Source: Candidatus Poribacteria bacterium
GTDB taxonomy: Bacteria > Poribacteria > WGA-4E > WGA-3G
Length of the DNA stretch: 64,000 nt
Reading direction: 5' to 3'
NCBI GenBank assembly: GCA_965197475.1
Contig: CBDANF010000003.1
Location: 2,208,001-2,272,000 of the forward strand
The notes under the pieces are model-generated. The model saw only the letters and a program-made list of their open reading frames with translations, was not told where the DNA came from and did not search any database. A program made the translations under genes and the position numbers. This document shows, one piece after another, positions 19,933 to 30,927 of this stretch; the stretch's first letter is position 1, and each line of letters begins with the position of its first letter.

Positions 19933-21615
19933 CTATAGGTTCACAATTTCTGGGTCATTGTCTTTGGTCATGATGATGCGTTGTATCCAATCGGCATTAT
20001 CTTGATCAGGGAAGTCAGCACGGTAGTGTGCACCACGGCTTTCCGTTCGAACGAGTGCCGCTTGCGTTATTATCCACGCAACATTGAGCATATTTAGTGT
20101 TTCACATAATGCTACCTCAGTCGTTTGTAGATATGTTGGTGAATAGGGACAGAGATTGATTTCTGTCCCTATTTCTTCCAAATCAGTGAGGGTTAGTTCT
20201 AACCCTTCGCTGTCGCGTTCAATTGCAACATTTTCCCAGAGTGTTTCGCGAATAGCATCCTGTGTAGCGAGTATAGAATATTCATCTTCATTTTTTGAGT
20301 ATTCACATTTTGGAATCTGGATATTTGGTGGGGATTGCGATGTCTGTGAAGTAGCATAAGTTGCAGCGTTAATTCCAGCACGTACACCGAAGACGAGGCA
20401 TTCTAACAGTGAATTGCTTGCTAAACGATTTGCACCGTGCACGCCAGTGCATGCAACTTCACCGCAAGCATACAAGCCATTTAGGTTTGTTTCTGTATCA
20501 ATGTTTGTGCGGATACCGCCCATCATAAAATGCGCGCCGGGGCGGACAGGAATTAGGTCAATATTAATATCCAGCCCGTAGTGTTTAGTCGTATCATAAA
20601 TTGTGGGGAATCGTTCCTGAATAAAGTCGGCAGATTTATGGGTAATATCAAGATAGACACATGAGAATCCTGTGAGGTACATTTCGTTTTGAATAGCTTG
20701 ACTGACGACATCACGGGGTGCAAGTTCTCCTTTCTCGTGATATTTATCCATAAATTGTTCACCGAGAATGTTGACAAGTTTTCCACCTTCGCCTCGGACT
20801 GCCTCAGATATTAGGAAATTAGGAGCACCGTCAAGATAGAGTGTCGTGGGGTGAAACTGAACGAATTCCATATCTATCATATCGCATCCTGCGCGCCAGG
20901 CTGCTGCGAAACCGTCACCGGTTGCTACCTCAGGATTGGACGTACAGGGATATAGACGACCAAGTCCTCCCGTTGCGAGAATTGTCGCTTTGGCATAGAG
21001 ACATACCAGTTCACCGTCCACGATTGTGGAAACACCGTAACAACTGACGCTCTCACTTCCCAATCGTAATTCGGTATCTGTAAGCAGATCAATTGCAAAC
21101 GCGTTTGAGAGGACACGGATCCGTTCTGTGCTTAAGACCCGTTGAACGAGAACATCCGTTGTTTCTCGTCCAGTAGCATCACCTTTGTGAACGATCCGCC
21201 GCCGACTATGTGCTGATTCTTGTGTAAAACGGGGTAGCGTCCCTTCCCAGTCAAAATCTGCACCCCAATCTAACAACTCAGTCACACGGGGGATACCCTC
21301 AGCAACCATAGTTTCAACGGCGTTGACATCGCATAAGCCGCACCCAGCAGCGCATGTATCTTCAACGTGCAGGTCTATCGTGTCATCAATGTTCATGGCG
21401 ACTGCGATGCCACCTTGAGCGTAAAGCGTATTACTCTCTTTGAGGGTTGTTTTCGTGATTAGGGTCACATCAACATTCTCGCTTGCGGCGAGTGCCGCGC
21501 GCAACCCAGCTGCGCCGCTACCAATTATTAGGACATCTGTATCCCAGCTTGAATGCACTTCTGAATTCAACACAGAAAAATCTGTTTTGGTCTTCATATT
21601 ATCTTGGCAAGCCAC
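19933..21615 (-). CDS. nadB: L-aspartate oxidase
   Basis: GSGAAGL, YAQGGIA, QFHPT, LAPRDVV, HGANRLASNSLLE. Confidence 0.94.
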   Translation of the reverse strand: MACQDNMKTKTDFSVLNSEVHSSWDTDVLIIGSGAAGLRAALAASENVDVTLITKTTLKESNTLYAQGGIAVAMNIDDTIDLHVEDTCAAGCGLCDVNAVETMVAEGIPRVTELLDWGADFDWEGTLPRFTQESAHSRRRIVHKGDATGRETTDVLVQRVLSTERIRVLSNAFAIDLLTDTELRLGSESVSCYGVSTIVDGELVCLYAKATILATGGLGRLYPCTSNPEVATGDGFAAAWRAGCDMIDMEFVQFHPTTLYLDGAPNFLISEAVRGEGGKLVNILGEQFMDKYHEKGELAPRDVVSQAIQNEMYLTGFSCVYLDITHKSADFIQERFPTIYDTTKHYGLDINIDLIPVRPGAHFMMGGIRTNIDTETNLNGLYACGEVACTGVHGANRLASNSLLECLVFGVRAGINAATYATSQTSQSPPNIQIPKCEYSKNEDEYSILATQDAIRETLWENVAIERDSEGLELTLTDLEEIGTEINLCPYSPTYLQTTEVALCETLNMLNVAWIITQAALVRTESRGAHYRADFPDQDNADWIQRIIMTKDNDPEIVNL

Positions 21616-21621
21616 ACCATT

Positions 21622-22053
21622 CTATTCAGTTGAAGGCGTAGGTGCGTAACTTTCATTGACCGGCATTACCTTGCCGGTGCCAGTAGCGATGAGGGTACTG
21701 TCACTGAGCTTTACCTCTGCTTTTGCCTCCACTAAACGTCGTGACACCTTCATACGTTCTGCGAAAACAAAAAGTTTCACTCCTGTTGGTGCGGGCTTCC
21801 GGAATCTGACTTCAAGTTGCGCTGTAACAGCGGGACCGTCAAAAATTCCTATACCGATGTGGGTTATTGCCTCATCCAACAGAGTACTTATTATACCACC
21901 GTGTAGAATGTTTGCCCACCCTTGCATGTGTTCTGGTGGTGTGCATTCTATGTGAACCGCTGCGCCTGCATCTCTGATTTCCGGATTGACTTGCAAGCCG
22001 TAGGGATTTTTCTTGCCACAAACAAAACATCGGTTGTTATTTTCTATTGCCAT
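21622..22053 (-). CDS. PaaI-family thioesterase
   Basis: CFVCG...NPYGL, LHGGIISTLLDE. Confidence 0.9.
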   Translation of the reverse strand: MAIENNNRCFVCGKKNPYGLQVNPEIRDAGAAVHIECTPPEHMQGWANILHGGIISTLLDEAITHIGIGIFDGPAVTAQLEVRFRKPAPTGVKLFVFAERMKVSRRLVEAKAEVKLSDSTLIATGTGKVMPVNESYAPTPSTE

Positions 22054-22093
22054 TTTTATCCTAAAAGTCGTTTTGTGTCAAAATACATATTGG

Positions 22094-24730
22094 TTATGAG
22101 GATGTAAGCATTGTAAGGCTACGTGCTAACTTTTCCTGTTCAATCGACAGTCGTTCAAGCAGTTCACGCTTTTGTGCGACAACTTTTTCAGGTGCACGTT
22201 CAATAAAATTAGGATTTTCTAATGTTTTCTGTGCTGCTTCAATGTCCTTGACTATCTGCCGATGCCGTTTCGTTAGTCGTGCTTTTTCTGCTTCAAGATC
22301 GATTACTCCTGCTAATGGAATATAGATAGCGAGTTCTCCTATAACAGCCTCTGCTGAGGCAGGTGGTTTCGGCAAAGATTCAGCAATGATGATATTTTCT
22401 ACTCGCGTAAATGCAGGTAAGTATTGTTTGAGATAGGTTTTGAGCCGATTCCGTACTTCAGCATCTGGTGATTGAATGTGAACGTCCACAAATGCTCCGA
22501 TCGGAACATTTAACTCGCCGCGGATGCTTCTAATATTCTCAACAACTTCCATGACGGTTGCCATAGTGGCTTCTGCAGTTGGATTTTCTTTTGTCGGTTT
22601 TGGCCAAGGTGCTACTGTAACTGAAACTCCTACATCGTGTGGAAGTTGTTGCCAAATCTCCTCTGTTAAAAACGGCATGAGTGGGTGTAGGAGCCGCATC
22701 ATCTGTTCTAAAACATCGGTTGCAACCCACAACGCTTTTGGATCGTCAGTGGTGAGACGTTGTTTAGCGAATTCCAGATACCAATCACAGAATTCATGCC
22801 AGAGAAACGCATAGAGAGTTTGTGCTACTTCGTGGAAGCGAAAGTTCTCAAGTGCATCGGTAGCAATTTTTATGGTATGGCTCAAGCGGCTCTGTATCCA
22901 CTGAACTTCTAATGGATTTTCCCTTTCTGTTACCTCTTGTCTTGAAGGAATAGGATATTTCTCTAAATTCATGAGAATGAATCGGGCTGCGTTCCACACT
23001 TTGTTAGCAAATCGTTTACCTGCCTCAATCTGAGATTCAGGCAACGGCACATAAGGGTTCGGCGTACTGGCGTTTACAAGCGAGAATCGGAAGGCATCTG
23101 TGCCATAAGTAGCAATCGTCTCCAATGGATCAATGCTATTCCCTTTCGACTTGCTCATCTTCTGTCCCTTCTCATCCGCAACAAGACCGTGTAGGTAGAC
23201 AGTACGGAATGGAACTTCATCCATACATCCCAATCCTAACATTATCATTCTTGCTACCCAGAAAAAGAGAATGTCCCACCCTGTTACAAGCACAGATGTA
23301 GGATAAAAGGTATTCAACTCATCGGTTTCTTCGGGCCAACCCATTGTTGAGAAGGGCCACAAACCTGAACTGAACCAAGTATCTAAAACATCTTCTTCTT
23401 GATGGAAATCAGTTGCACCACACTTGCACTGTTCCGGCGTATCCATTGCGGCAGTTGCTTTTTCGCAAGCATTACAGTACCATATTGGCAGTCGATGTCC
23501 CCACCATCTTTGGCGTGAAATCGGCCACGGTTCAATATTTTCCATCCAGTGAAAAAACCGCGAGGTTTCGCGTTCGGGAATAAATGATACTTCCCCTTTT
23601 TTAGTGGCTTCTATAGCACGTTGTGCAAGCGGACGAACATTCATAAACCATTGCAGCGATATTGCAGGTTCAACTATTGTTCCACATCTATCATGATGTC
23701 CAACAGCATGTCTATGCGGCACAATTTTAACTAAATATCCTGCCTTATCCAAGTCTTCAACTACCTTTTTCCGGCAATCCCAACGCGATAAACCTACGTA
23801 GTTCTTGCCTGCATCCTTATTCATGTGTCTGTCAGCGGTGAAAATCGTACGTTGTTCAAGGTTGTGCCGCAAGCCGATTTCATAGTCGTTGGTATCGTGG
23901 GCAGGCGTAACTTTCAACGCACCTGTCCCAAATTCTGTATCCACATATTCATCAGCTATAATCGGAATCTCTCTGTCACAAAGCGGGAGGAGAACTTTTT
24001 TCCCTATTAGGTGCTGATAACGTTCATCGTCAGGATGGACTGCAACTGCAGTATCACCCAACATCGTTTCAGGACGTGTGGTTGCGATTTCAAGCACAAC
24101 ATCGCTATCTATAACAGGATAGTGGATATGGTAAAAATTACCATCAATTTCAATCGGTTCCACTTCAAGGTTACTCACTGCGGTATTGCATTGTGGACAC
24201 CAATTCACCATATAGGTATCTTGATAGATAAGTCCCTGATTGTAGAGTTTAACAAAGGCGGTACGAACTGCTTCTGACAACCCGTCATCAAGTGTAAACC
24301 GTTCACGTTTCCAATCACAAGAACATCCGAGTTGTTGAAGCTGTGAGACGATATATCCTGCGGATTCATCTTTCCACTGCCACATCCGTTCAATGAATTT
24401 TTCACGACCCAGAGCGTTTCTACTTGTGCCCTCTTCGGCAAGTTTCCGCTCCATGATAAGCTCAGTTACAATGCCCGCGTGGTCGGTTCCAGGCATCCAG
24501 AGAACGTTGTAGCCTTGCATGCGTCGCCATCGGATAAGACAATCTTGTAGTGTGTTATCAAGCGCGTGTCCAATGTGCAAGCTGCCAGTAATGTTCGGGG
24601 GTGGAATCACAATCGCATAGGGAGGTTTGTCGGAGGTGGCTTCGGCATGAAAGAAACCGTTGTTTTGCCAAAATTGGTACCATTTACCCTCAATTTCCTG
24701 AGGGTCGTAAATCTTTGGAAGACTTGTCAT
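22094..24730 (-). CDS. valS: Valyl-tRNA synthetase
   Basis: PPPNITGSLHIGH, TTRPET, KMSKS, C-terminal coiled coil. Confidence 0.97.
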   Translation of the reverse strand: MTSLPKIYDPQEIEGKWYQFWQNNGFFHAEATSDKPPYAIVIPPPNITGSLHIGHALDNTLQDCLIRWRRMQGYNVLWMPGTDHAGIVTELIMERKLAEEGTSRNALGREKFIERMWQWKDESAGYIVSQLQQLGCSCDWKRERFTLDDGLSEAVRTAFVKLYNQGLIYQDTYMVNWCPQCNTAVSNLEVEPIEIDGNFYHIHYPVIDSDVVLEIATTRPETMLGDTAVAVHPDDERYQHLIGKKVLLPLCDREIPIIADEYVDTEFGTGALKVTPAHDTNDYEIGLRHNLEQRTIFTADRHMNKDAGKNYVGLSRWDCRKKVVEDLDKAGYLVKIVPHRHAVGHHDRCGTIVEPAISLQWFMNVRPLAQRAIEATKKGEVSFIPERETSRFFHWMENIEPWPISRQRWWGHRLPIWYCNACEKATAAMDTPEQCKCGATDFHQEEDVLDTWFSSGLWPFSTMGWPEETDELNTFYPTSVLVTGWDILFFWVARMIMLGLGCMDEVPFRTVYLHGLVADEKGQKMSKSKGNSIDPLETIATYGTDAFRFSLVNASTPNPYVPLPESQIEAGKRFANKVWNAARFILMNLEKYPIPSRQEVTERENPLEVQWIQSRLSHTIKIATDALENFRFHEVAQTLYAFLWHEFCDWYLEFAKQRLTTDDPKALWVATDVLEQMMRLLHPLMPFLTEEIWQQLPHDVGVSVTVAPWPKPTKENPTAEATMATVMEVVENIRSIRGELNVPIGAFVDVHIQSPDAEVRNRLKTYLKQYLPAFTRVENIIIAESLPKPPASAEAVIGELAIYIPLAGVIDLEAEKARLTKRHRQIVKDIEAAQKTLENPNFIERAPEKVVAQKRELLERLSIEQEKLARSLTMLTSS

Positions 24731-24828
24731 ATTCTTACCTGAAAGGAAATCTATTATACAAAATTGATCAGATTTTGAAGTTAATGGCGCGCTTACAAAG
24801 CGTGCCTACACGCAGGTATCCGATGATA

Positions 24829-25386
24829 CTAAGTAAAGGACGGTTCTATCCAACCATAAGCACCATCATCGGATTGAAAAAGTAAGTTTACCTGTCGCGT
24901 TTCAGAGTTTAAAAACATCAAAAGCGTTTCTCCAGATGTATGAAGTTCAGTCGCAGCTTCACTAACTGAAAGGGGTTTTGCGGCAAACTTCTCGGAGGCA
25001 GGGACAATTATTGGAGCGTCCGCTGAATCCATATCTGCTGGGATTTCTGATGCCTCTGGATTCAATTGTGCTACCACCTCGCGATGTGGGATATCATGCC
25101 GTTTATCCTTTACACGTTCTTTGTATTTACGAATCTGACTGATAACTTTGTCCACAGCACCGTCTAAAGCTGGTATGATTTCGTGGGTATTATTTTTTGC
25201 ATAAAACGAAACCCGGGGTGCTGTAACTTTAACCTCTGCTTCAAAACGATGTTTTTCAGCTTTAAGAATAACATTAAACTCTTGAAACTCTGCGAAACGA
25301 GATTCAATCTTGTCTGCACGTTTTAGGATATAATTATGAAGATCATCTGTTATTTTCAACTGATGTCCTGAATACGTAATTTTCAT
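24829..25386 (-). CDS. hpf: Ribosome hibernation promoting factor (long form)
   Basis: S30EA domain plus C-terminal domain; downstream of rpoN. Confidence 0.88.
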   Translation of the reverse strand: MKITYSGHQLKITDDLHNYILKRADKIESRFAEFQEFNVILKAEKHRFEAEVKVTAPRVSFYAKNNTHEIIPALDGAVDKVISQIRKYKERVKDKRHDIPHREVVAQLNPEASEIPADMDSADAPIIVPASEKFAAKPLSVSEAATELHTSGETLLMFLNSETRQVNLLFQSDDGAYGWIEPSFT

Positions 25387-25491
25387 GATATTTTCCTCCC
25401 ACATAAATATCTAAAATTTGATAAATTCCTATCGTATTATATCAAAACCGCAAAAGGATAAAATAATTCCGTTGGTAAAAGGAATACGAAA

Positions 25492-27303
25492 CTACTTGTA
25501 GTGATATTCAAGATTTTTCCTTTGACGGGAAGGTAGAATGCTAAGTTCTTCTCGATATTTTTGGACAGTCCGTCTTGCAACCACAATACCGCGCTTTTTC
25601 AACGCTGCGCTTACCGCTTGATCGCTTAGAGGTTTTGTTGGGTCTTCTTTGCGTATCACCTCTTTAAGTGCTGCTTTGACCTGCTTGGCAGACACTGAAT
25701 TGCCATGGGTTGTTGCCAATTGATTACTAAAAAAGAACTTCAAAGGATAAGTTCCCAGAGGTGTCTGTACATATTTGTTGCTCGTAACGCGACTTACTGT
25801 TGATTCGTGGACACCTGCCATATTAGCCACAGTTTTCAAAGTCAAAGGCTTGATACTCTCCGGCCCTTGCGTTAAGAATTCGGACTGAACATTGAATATA
25901 GCCTCCGTGACTCGCTCAATGGTACGACCACGCTGAGCAATACTGCTGAGGACATCTGCAGCATCATTATATTTTTTTTCTATCCATTTTTTTGTCTCAG
26001 AATCTAAAACCTTACCATCATCCCGCATGAGGTTAATGTAATGCGGATTCATGCGTAGACGTGGTATATAATTGTCCATCGGAAAAATTTGGATATCCCT
26101 GTCAATGTCCATTATTTGTACATCAGGTGTAATCCCTTGTATTGTCTCTGTAGATTTAACCCAGTTGACTGATAAGTCAGAAAAATATCGTCCTGGATAG
26201 GGAGATAAAGTGCCAATCCATGAGGCTGCTTGTAGGATGTCGGTTCTTTCTACCTCAAGCACCTCTGAAATAGCAGCGATTCGGCTGTTTAATAAATCCT
26301 CCAGGTGATGCTCTACAATCTTTTTAGCAATCTGAAGCGGAATATCGTTATCATACGGAGTCGCTCCGTTTTGCTTAAGATGCTGCATTTCATGATGTCG
26401 AATTTGTATACTCAGTGTTTCTTTAAGGTCCCGATAAGCAATACCGGTCGGTTCAAATGTCTCTTGTATAATGTGTAGCACCGTTTCTACATCGGATACC
26501 GCACATCCGGTTTCTGATGCGATATCTTCTAAAGTAAGTAGGTAGAGGTTCAGTTCACTTTCTTCTTGTTTAACGGTATATGTTTTTTTGTTGGTTGTAT
26601 CAATGAGTTGCCAACTATTATTGGATTCGCATCCGATGTCGGAATTCCCAGGTGATATACCTATCGAATTAACCTGAAAATCTAATTTTTTAACTTCTTT
26701 CTTAGATGTCTTGCTTTTTGCTGATGATGCACTGAGATGTACCGATAATACACGTTGCAATTCTTCCGAAACACATCCATTCTGGAAGTCTGTCTCGAAT
26801 TCTTGAGGTACGGAAAACAGTTTTAACTGGAGTTCACCGTCGTCGTTTAAATTTCCAATAATCAATTCTCCGATAGCGCGTTCAGCATCTGTAAAAGGTG
26901 CAAGCTGAAGTTGCTGATAAAGATAATCCTGAAGGGAGTGTGCTTCAGCTATGTCTGGTTCGGGGGCATCTGGATCATCATATTGGTCATTTAAATTTAT
27001 GACAGGTGCTCGCATGTCGTCAAACACTGATTGCCAGTCAATATCAACAGAAGTGTCCTCGTGATTGATATTTTCTTCAGATTTGTTCCATTCAGGAGCT
27101 GGATCATAATCTTCCGTAGACAGTCCCGTTTCATACTCTTCCTCAATTTCCAAGAGCGGGTTTTGAGTTAGCTCTTGTTCAATAAATTGCTTTAACTCAA
27201 GCTGCGACATCATAAGCACCTTTATTGCTTGTTGCAGCTTCGGTGTCATGACAATTTTTTGTTGTTGTTGTTGAGTTTGAATAAGTTTCGCTTGTATTTT
27301 CAT
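25492..27303 (-). CDS. rpoN: RNA polymerase sigma-54 factor with internal insertion
   Basis: PKLQQAIKVL, NPLLE, HESTVSR, RpoN box ARRTVQKYRE. Confidence 0.95.
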   Translation of the reverse strand: MKIQAKLIQTQQQQQKIVMTPKLQQAIKVLMMSQLELKQFIEQELTQNPLLEIEEEYETGLSTEDYDPAPEWNKSEENINHEDTSVDIDWQSVFDDMRAPVINLNDQYDDPDAPEPDIAEAHSLQDYLYQQLQLAPFTDAERAIGELIIGNLNDDGELQLKLFSVPQEFETDFQNGCVSEELQRVLSVHLSASSAKSKTSKKEVKKLDFQVNSIGISPGNSDIGCESNNSWQLIDTTNKKTYTVKQEESELNLYLLTLEDIASETGCAVSDVETVLHIIQETFEPTGIAYRDLKETLSIQIRHHEMQHLKQNGATPYDNDIPLQIAKKIVEHHLEDLLNSRIAAISEVLEVERTDILQAASWIGTLSPYPGRYFSDLSVNWVKSTETIQGITPDVQIMDIDRDIQIFPMDNYIPRLRMNPHYINLMRDDGKVLDSETKKWIEKKYNDAADVLSSIAQRGRTIERVTEAIFNVQSEFLTQGPESIKPLTLKTVANMAGVHESTVSRVTSNKYVQTPLGTYPLKFFFSNQLATTHGNSVSAKQVKAALKEVIRKEDPTKPLSDQAVSAALKKRGIVVARRTVQKYREELSILPSRQRKNLEYHYK

Positions 27304-27406
27304 CACGCGGCACTCCGTTAAATCCCTATTAGAATTATAGAGTATTGTGCCTGCAAACACCTTTTAATAAAGTAGTTTTCAAGTGAAGAATGATGCCATG
27401 GTTTGA

Positions 27407-28183
27407 CTAAGCTCTGATTTCTTGTTTTGTATACTGAAAGTTATGCCCGAAATAGAGATCTCTGGCAACTTCGCTATTTAGGAGTTCATCAGGTGTACCA
27501 GTCAAAGTTATTTTCCCCTCTGCTATGAGATACGCCCGATCAACGATATTCAAGGTTTCAACAGCATTGTGATCCGTAATTAGAATGCCAAGGTTCCGGT
27601 TTCGTAAATGAAGAATGAGCTGTTTAATGTCAGCAACAGCAATCGGGTCAATCCCTGAAAGAGGTTCATCAAGTAGGATAAAGTCGGGTTGTGCAGCCAG
27701 CGCGCGAGCGATTTCTGCGCGACGACACTCACCTCCCGAAAGCGTATACGCCTTGCGATTTAAAAGGTTTGAGATTCCGAGTTCATCAGTGAATTCTTCT
27801 ATGCGCGCTTCTCGCTCATTTTTCGGCATACCTCTCGCTTCTAAGATTGCTTCTACATTCTGTTTGACGGTCAATTTACGAAAAATTGAAGTTTCCTGTG
27901 AAAGATACCCTATTCCGAGTCGCGCCCGTTTATACATCGGTAAGAAGGTTATATCCCTGTCTCCATAAGTAATCCGACCCGCATTTGGACGAATTAGCCC
28001 GACTACCATGTAGAATGTTGTTGATTTTCCTGCACCGTTCGGTCCTAACAAACCTACTATTTCACCTTGTTGTACCGATAAACTTACTTCGTTGACGACG
28101 ATTGGACCTCGCCGTGTATATTTTTTTACGAGATTGTGTGCTTGTAGTTCTGTTGCCACGTTGTTGGTACCTGTGTGCTCCAT
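27407..28183 (-). CDS. lptB: LPS export ABC transporter ATP-binding protein
   Basis: GPNGAGKS, RARLGIGYL, LSGGE, ILITDHN; lptB-rpoN synteny. Confidence 0.95.
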   Translation of the reverse strand: MEHTGTNNVATELQAHNLVKKYTRRGPIVVNEVSLSVQQGEIVGLLGPNGAGKSTTFYMVVGLIRPNAGRITYGDRDITFLPMYKRARLGIGYLSQETSIFRKLTVKQNVEAILEARGMPKNEREARIEEFTDELGISNLLNRKAYTLSGGECRRAEIARALAAQPDFILLDEPLSGIDPIAVADIKQLILHLRNRNLGILITDHNAVETLNIVDRAYLIAEGKITLTGTPDELLNSEVARDLYFGHNFQYTKQEIRA

Positions 28184-28261
28184 CTACTTCAAAGTTGGTG
28201 TATTGTTGTCAAGAAAGCATATTGTAAGTAACGTCAACTACCGATAACCGACTGCTAACAA

Positions 28262-29254
28262 TTACTGTTTTTCCTCTGGTGCTTCTGCTTTATCAGTCTC
28301 TTCTGATTCGGTTGGTTCAGTCTCTTCTGATTCAGTCGGTTCAGTCTCTTTATCTTTTTCAGATTTGGAGTCTTTCTCTTCTTTTTCCGTTTCAGAAGGT
28401 GTGGTTTTTTCTTCAGTGTCTGGTTTGTCAGAATCACCTTCAGGTTTTTCCTCAGACTCTTTTTCCGTCTCTGGAGAGACGGCCTTCTTTTCAGTTTTAC
28501 TTGGAGTTTCAGAAGTATCCTTGCTATCAGAATCGGTTTCTTCTGATTCCTCTGGTGTACTCGTTGGTGTTGCTTGTGTAACGGTTACCTTAAATTTAAC
28601 GCCACCAACGCCTGTCTGTTTACCTGTTGTTCTATTGAAGGTGAAAAGTTTCGTTTCAAGTCTATCTTTGTTTTGTAATACTACGACATTACCTTTTAAC
28701 GTAATGATGTTCGTTAGATTGTTCATCGTAGCGTGGTCGGATGTTGCGAAGATATCTTCATCACGTATCTCAACATTGCCTACGGCAATAATTTCTACGG
28801 TCTCACCAGTTTCTGGATCACTCTTGAGCGTAATTCTATCAGCATTGAGAAACCCGATCTCAATACCTTCCTCGTTATGCCTTACCGTTTTCGCATTTCC
28901 AATAAGAATCGTAATACCTGCTTTCGGATCCCGTTCCATTTCATCTGAAGTCCCTGTAATAACCTCTTTTGTCACCTTTACTTTCACAGGTTTCTCATCA
29001 ATATCAGAAGTTGATGTGTCAGAATTCGTAGATTGATTGTCTTGAACAAGTTTATCTGAAACTGCCGGGGTCTCTTCCGCTTGCTTTACAACTTCACTAT
29101 CCTTTTCTTCTGACTCAGGTGCTTCGGCTGCCCACGCAGGGAAGGTTGTCAAACAGATTACTATCCCTAATAATACGAACCAGTTTCTAACGAATTGAGA
29201 TAGTTTCAGAGACGCGCCAGTATTGTTTTTGGAGATGATTTTCTTTCTATTCAT
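28262..29254 (-). CDS. lptA: LptA/OstA family protein with long acidic tail
   Basis: Signal peptide; AVGNVEI and LKGNVVV OstA repeats; lies between lptC and lptB. Confidence 0.75.
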   Translation of the reverse strand: MNRKKIISKNNTGASLKLSQFVRNWFVLLGIVICLTTFPAWAAEAPESEEKDSEVVKQAEETPAVSDKLVQDNQSTNSDTSTSDIDEKPVKVKVTKEVITGTSDEMERDPKAGITILIGNAKTVRHNEEGIEIGFLNADRITLKSDPETGETVEIIAVGNVEIRDEDIFATSDHATMNNLTNIITLKGNVVVLQNKDRLETKLFTFNRTTGKQTGVGGVKFKVTVTQATPTSTPEESEETDSDSKDTSETPSKTEKKAVSPETEKESEEKPEGDSDKPDTEEKTTPSETEKEEKDSKSEKDKETEPTESEETEPTESEETDKAEAPEEKQ

Positions 29255-29850
29255 TTACTTCCTCATCTTTAAGATAAAGTTTAAATCGATTGTTTGACAT
29301 CTTTACAGTTTCAAGGTCTGGATGGGCTACCATTTCGGTTCCATACCATGTAGAGTCGCCACGGACTATCTTTACTTCAGTCGGTGAGTAAAGTGTTCCA
29401 TCTTTATTTCGCCAATGGAGTTCTTTTGTATAGAGCGTTCCATTTTCGTTGACACCGACCACCTCACCGTAGAGATACACGTTATCTTTTTCACGCCCAG
29501 CGCGATAAAGAGTTCCTGTTTTACCTGTCAATGTAAGTGAAACTTTTCCCTCTTCATAAATTTCCACCTTCGGATTCTGGATGATCACCTTGTTCTCTCG
29601 TCTCCCTGATGATGCACTGACCAGTTTTGATGATTCACCGACTAGCGTCCATTTCAAAACCCCCTCTTCTCTGTGCTGTGTGGAAAAGGTATTAAACTGC
29701 TGAATCGGTTGAGGTTCAATAGGTTGATTTTTTTCTTCCTCACGCTCACATCCTACAACAGCCAGACATAGACTCAGAAAAAGAACAAGACATCTATTGT
29801 TCCAAAATGTTAGTAGTCGAAATCGGTTTACAGGTTTCAGAACGGGTTTT
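29247..29850 (-). CDS. lptC: LPS export protein LptC (start codon uncertain)
   Basis: Lipobox-like LAVVGC, LYTKELHW; synteny with lptA and lptB. Confidence 0.75.
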
Positions 29851-30708
29851 CCACCGCTCGTGCATCCAAATCCACTGTTCTGGATATTTTCGTATGTAAG
29901 ATTCAATGATTTTCGTGAATTTCTGTGTATTGATAACAAGTTCTTTCTCTTTTACATCACACCGTTTTAACGTTAACGGTGGCTCAATTATCGCTCGATG
30001 TGTGCCATCGGGTTGACGTATAATAAAAGATGGTAGTATAGCCGCACCTGTTTTCAGCGCAAAAGCAATAGGACTGTAGGGTGTATAAGCAGGTCTGCCG
30101 AAAAAGTCTACAAAAACACCTTTCACGGTGGTATCCACGTCAGCAACTATACCGAGCAGTTGGTTACTTTTAAGGCACCAAAGTGCTTGTCGGACACCTG
30201 TATCCCTGTCTATGGTGGAATATCCTGCTTTTTCTCTGTAACTGCCCACTATCGCATTTAAGCGGGGTGAACGTAACTCTCGAACAATAGGGGTCAACGG
30301 TGCAACAGTAGCAGTGATACTTGCTGCAAGAAGTTCCCAATTCCCAAAATGTCCGGTTAAAATGATTGCCCCTTTCCCTTGTGCTAAAGCGTTCTCCACA
30401 TGTTGAATGCCTTCAAATTTGACATATTGTTGAATCTGCTTTGGATTCATGCGTGGAAACTTCATGAATTCTATGACAGTCTTTCCTAAATTTTCAAAAC
30501 ATTTTTTCGCTATCACTTTAACGCGGTGGTCGTCAGAAATATCCAGACTTTGTTTCAGGTGTTCACATGCCAGTTTTCTATGCTGCGATGCAAACCAATA
30601 GACGAGGTGTCCCAACCATCCGCCGAGAGCCAATGCTACCGAACGCGGAAGTCGAGATATACAGAATCCGGTCAGTTTGGCAGTAAATCCATAACACCAA
30701 TCTTTCAT
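29794..30708 (-). CDS. lpxL: Lipid A late acyltransferase (LpxL/HtrB family)
   Basis: GHFGNWE, FVDFFGRPA, YPEQWIWMHERWK. Confidence 0.88.
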   Translation of the reverse strand: MKDWCYGFTAKLTGFCISRLPRSVALALGGWLGHLVYWFASQHRKLACEHLKQSLDISDDHRVKVIAKKCFENLGKTVIEFMKFPRMNPKQIQQYVKFEGIQHVENALAQGKGAIILTGHFGNWELLAASITATVAPLTPIVRELRSPRLNAIVGSYREKAGYSTIDRDTGVRQALWCLKSNQLLGIVADVDTTVKGVFVDFFGRPAYTPYSPIAFALKTGAAILPSFIIRQPDGTHRAIIEPPLTLKRCDVKEKELVINTQKFTKIIESYIRKYPEQWIWMHERWKTRSETCKPISTTNILEQ

Positions 30709-30877
30709 TAGAAATATAGTATACCAAATTTCCTGCAAAATTACAAAGAAAAATGTACAGCAAGGATAAATTCAATCGCATATAGATTGGATATAACAGT
30801 TTGTTGCATGACCTACAGATTTTCTTTGTAAATTTTGAGCCACAACATTTCCGATTTCCATCATCCATCAACATGAC

Positions 30878-30906
30878 TTGATTTTCACAATAATTTCAGA
30901 TATACT
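30878..30906 (+). promoter_or_regulatory. Putative sigma-70 promoter of the MATE gene
   Basis: TTGATT-17 nt-TATACT. Confidence 0.5.
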
Positions 30907-30927
30907 CTAAAATAGAACGGAACCCTT

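Noticed and set aside
28365-29036. 223-aa plus-strand ORF and other antisense ORFs in the track
   Set aside because: These are shadows of well-supported genes on the opposite strand, with no motifs of their own.
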